Positions 16,799 through 18,504 of a stretch of DNA of 18,504 nucleotides are shown piece after piece (position 1 is the first letter of the stretch; every line of letters begins with the position of its first letter). Below the pieces are notes generated by a model. The model saw only the letters and a program-made list of their open reading frames with translations, made no database searches and was not told the origin of the DNA. The stretch is taken from positions 3,941 through 22,444 of the forward strand of contig JAXSMZ010000026.1 of the NCBI GenBank assembly GCA_037924335.1, read 5' to 3'. The DNA is from Aquificaceae bacterium (GTDB lineage Bacteria > Aquificota > Aquificia > Aquificales > Aquificaceae). Made by a program: the position numbers and the translations under genes.

Positions 16799-17638
16799 TT
16801 ATCTTAGTTCCCTAAACTTGTTATGTTGCATCCTGACGTTAAAGGTATAGACCTTGCCGTCGGAGGGGTCCGTCCAGATGGCTGGTGGATGTTGGTTTTT
16901 TGTGGAGCTACCAGTTCCTACATAAATACCCTCTATGGCTTCAAGACCTATGTAAAGTACCCTTGGCTTTGTCCCCTCTTCTGGCTTTAGCACCTGCACG
17001 CCGTTCTTCTTTATAAGGTCCCATATGGGGTCGTTGACATCTGCTAAGTCTCCAAAGTTCCTTGCCTTTGTTGGGCATACATCCACACAGGCAGGCTTCA
17101 GGCCGTTGCGTGTCCTGTGGTCGCACCAGGTACACTTGTTCATTACCATCATTATGGGGTCTATGTACCTTACACCATAGGGGCATGCCTGCTCGCAAAG
17201 TCTACAGCCTATGCACCTTTCGTATCTTTGAAGCACCAAGCCATCCCCTTCATCTCTGTAAGTGGCATGCACCGGGCAGACCTTTACGCAGGGCGGATTT
17301 TCACAGTGGTTGCAGAGCTTGGGAACGTTGATAACCTTTACCCTTGTCTCTCCTGTGCTTGGGTCTGTGTAACCCACTTCCCATTTTTCTACCCATGTGT
17401 TAAACACTCCAAGGGGTGTGTTCCTCTCCGCTTTGCAGGCTGCTACGCAGGCATCACAACCTATGCACTTTCTAACATCCACAACAAAGATAAACCTGCG
17501 TTTGCCCTTCTGCTCTGGAAAGGTTCTTTCCGCCCTTGCAGTTTCAAAGATGGCACCACAGGTGGCGACAGTCCCAACTGCAAGAGCCTTCAAAAAACCT
17601 CTCCGAGAGGTTTGTTCTTCTTGAACAGGTTCACTCAT
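16799..17638 (-). CDS. 4x[4Fe-4S] electron-transfer subunit, TtrB/NrfC/DmsB-like, with its own Tat signal
   Basis: SRRGFLK; CIGCDACVAAC, CNHCENPPCVKVC, CIGCRLCEQAC, KCTWC...PACVDVC; AGGAGGT SD. Confidence 0.94.
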   Translation of the reverse strand: MSEPVQEEQTSRRGFLKALAVGTVATCGAIFETARAERTFPEQKGKRRFIFVVDVRKCIGCDACVAACKAERNTPLGVFNTWVEKWEVGYTDPSTGETRVKVINVPKLCNHCENPPCVKVCPVHATYRDEGDGLVLQRYERCIGCRLCEQACPYGVRYIDPIMMVMNKCTWCDHRTRNGLKPACVDVCPTKARNFGDLADVNDPIWDLIKKNGVQVLKPEEGTKPRVLYIGLEAIEGIYVGTGSSTKNQHPPAIWTDPSDGKVYTFNVRMQHNKFRELR

Positions 17639-17674
17639 AATGCCACCTCCTAGGTTTGTTTCATCTCAACCTTG

Positions 17675-17690
17675 AGCAAAAATCGTGCCA
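17675..17690 (-). promoter_or_regulatory. sigma-54 (-24/-12) promoter of the ttrBCA-like operon
   Basis: Minus strand TGGCACGATTTTTGCT matches TGGCAC-N5-TTGC(A/T); 36 nt upstream of the start codon. Confidence 0.9.
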
Positions 17691-17750
17691 ATAGAATACC
17701 AATTGAAAAGCCTTAGAAATCAAAGATGTTAAAGGGGAACCTTTCAACAT

Positions 17751-17827
17751 TGCTTATTTTTTGAGCATTAAGTAATAAAAAATTGAACAGTGTTCAGAAT
17801 TTGAACTCTATGCTCATATTATGAGCA
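17751..17827. promoter_or_regulatory. array of 17-bp palindromes, putative enhancer (UAS) sites for a sigma-54 activator
   Basis: TGCTTA-TTTTT-TGAGCA (17751-17767), half site ending TGAACA (17773-17789), TGTTCA-GAATT-TGAACT (17791-17807), and the perfect palindrome TGCTCA-TATTA-TGAGCA (17811-17827). Confidence 0.75.
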
Positions 17828-17850
17828 GTTCTTCTCTTTCTTTCCAGCTT

Positions 17851-17863
17851 AAAACCCTTGATA
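17851..17863 (-). promoter_or_regulatory. IHF-like DNA-bending site
   Basis: Minus strand TATCAA-GGGT-TTT versus consensus WATCAR-N4-TTR (one mismatch), located between the UAS array and the rightward sigma-54 promoter. Confidence 0.35.
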
Positions 17864-17880
17864 GACCTTGTTTCCATGGA

Positions 17881-17896
17881 TGGCATGTTCTTTGCA
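17881..17896 (+). promoter_or_regulatory. sigma-54 (-24/-12) promoter of the porin-like gene
   Basis: TGGCATGTTCTTTGCA has correct GG-N10-GC spacing and lies 38 nt upstream of ATG 17935. Confidence 0.82.
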
Positions 17897-17934
17897 AAGA
17901 AAGAAGCTGAAGAAAAACTTACGGAGGTGAAAGC

Positions 17935-18504
17935 ATGAAGAAGGTTGTGGGAGCTTTTTTACTATCTGCAGTTCTTGCGGCACCAAGTTATGCCATTAAG
18001 CTAAGAGATGCAGACATTGACTTTGGCATCCAGTACAGGATCATGTACAACAACTCTAACATTCAATCCAACAACCAGTATGACTTCTTCAGACAAAGGC
18101 TTAGGCTCAACTTTGACGTTAAAACTGAAAGTGGTGTTGGTGGATTCTTCCAGATTGAGTACAGGGGCGGATGGGGTGGCTCATCCCCAGCAGCGAGCGA
18201 CCCAAGAGCTACCTATGCTGTAAACGCCTTTAACAGACTTCAGGCAAGAGGTATAAGGTATGGCTATCTTTACTTCCCAGTAGGTCCTGGTACTGTCTTG
18301 GCTGGTATACTTCCAGCGAACGATCAAGTTGACCAGATGCTCTTCTCCGCAGACTGGGACCTTAACGTAGGCGGTATAGCTTACGCTGGTAAGGTAGGAA
18401 ACTTTGACTACAGAGCTGCCTATGTAAGGCTTGTTGAAGGTGTATTCTATAGGAACACAGCAGTTAAGGATAAAGACCAGCACTTTTTGGTCTTAGACCT
18501 AAAC
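17935..18504 (+). CDS. secreted, probable outer-membrane beta-barrel/porin protein (5' part, runs off the window)
   Basis: Hand-translated; absent from the ORF track. GGAGGTG SD, Sec signal MKKVVGAFLLSAVLAAPSYA, then amphipathic aromatic-rich strands (IDFGIQYRIMY, RQRLRLNFDV, GGFFQIEY, RYGYLYF); 190 open codons to the edge. Confidence 0.85.
   Translation, partial: MKKVVGAFLLSAVLAAPSYAIKLRDADIDFGIQYRIMYNNSNIQSNNQYDFFRQRLRLNFDVKTESGVGGFFQIEYRGGWGGSSPAASDPRATYAVNAFNRLQARGIRYGYLYFPVGPGTVLAGILPANDQVDQMLFSADWDLNVGGIAYAGKVGNFDYRAAYVRLVEGVFYRNTAVKDKDQHFLVLDLN

Noticed and set aside
406..17653. Numerous 60-180 aa antisense or alternate-frame ORFs (e.g. 406-813, 4267-4749, 14254-14661, 17117-17653)
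   Set aside because: They lie within well-supported genes and have no recognisable motifs; they are shadow ORFs.
17718..17731. Second IHF-like site (AATCAAAGATGTTA) on the reductase side
   Set aside because: The position is suggestive, but the TTR element is displaced by one base; too weak to list as a feature.
17751..17827. CRISPR or mini-repeat array
   Set aside because: Units are 17-bp palindromes separated by only 1-5 nt, with no spacers or cas genes; better explained as protein-binding sites.
18008..18483. ORFs 18008-18223 (+) and 18181-18483 (-)
   Set aside because: Both are shadows of the porin-like frame that starts at 17935 with an SD and signal peptide.

Overview
18.5-kb bacterial window that looks like Aquificaceae (Hydrogenobacter/Thermocrinis/Aquifex-like). 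This assignment is inferred from protein character and an Aquifex-type DnaC, not from a search. The left half (1-9805) is housekeeping: glmS, kdsC, an unannotated 45-aa ORF, dnaC, surE, purL, lspA, gatC, recA, a pilT paralog and cmk. Several of these genes show a -10 box 7-8 nt before the ATG, suggesting leaderless mRNAs. The right half (9795-18504) is a respiratory module. A minus-strand ttrBCA/srdBCA-like periplasmic molybdo/tungsto-enzyme operon (4x[4Fe-4S] subunit, NrfD/PsrC anchor, 1146-aa catalytic subunit) is followed by a structured intergenic region. Three accessory genes come next: a stand-alone V4R protein, a short dihydrolipoamide-dehydrogenase-like flavoprotein and a TorD-type chaperone. 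The operon and a divergent porin-like gene each have a sigma-54 promoter. Between the two promoters lies a phased array of TGYTCA-N5-TGARCA palindromes, probably shared enhancer sites. This sigma-54-controlled module is the best candidate for an undescribed system, and its substrate cannot be determined from sequence alone.
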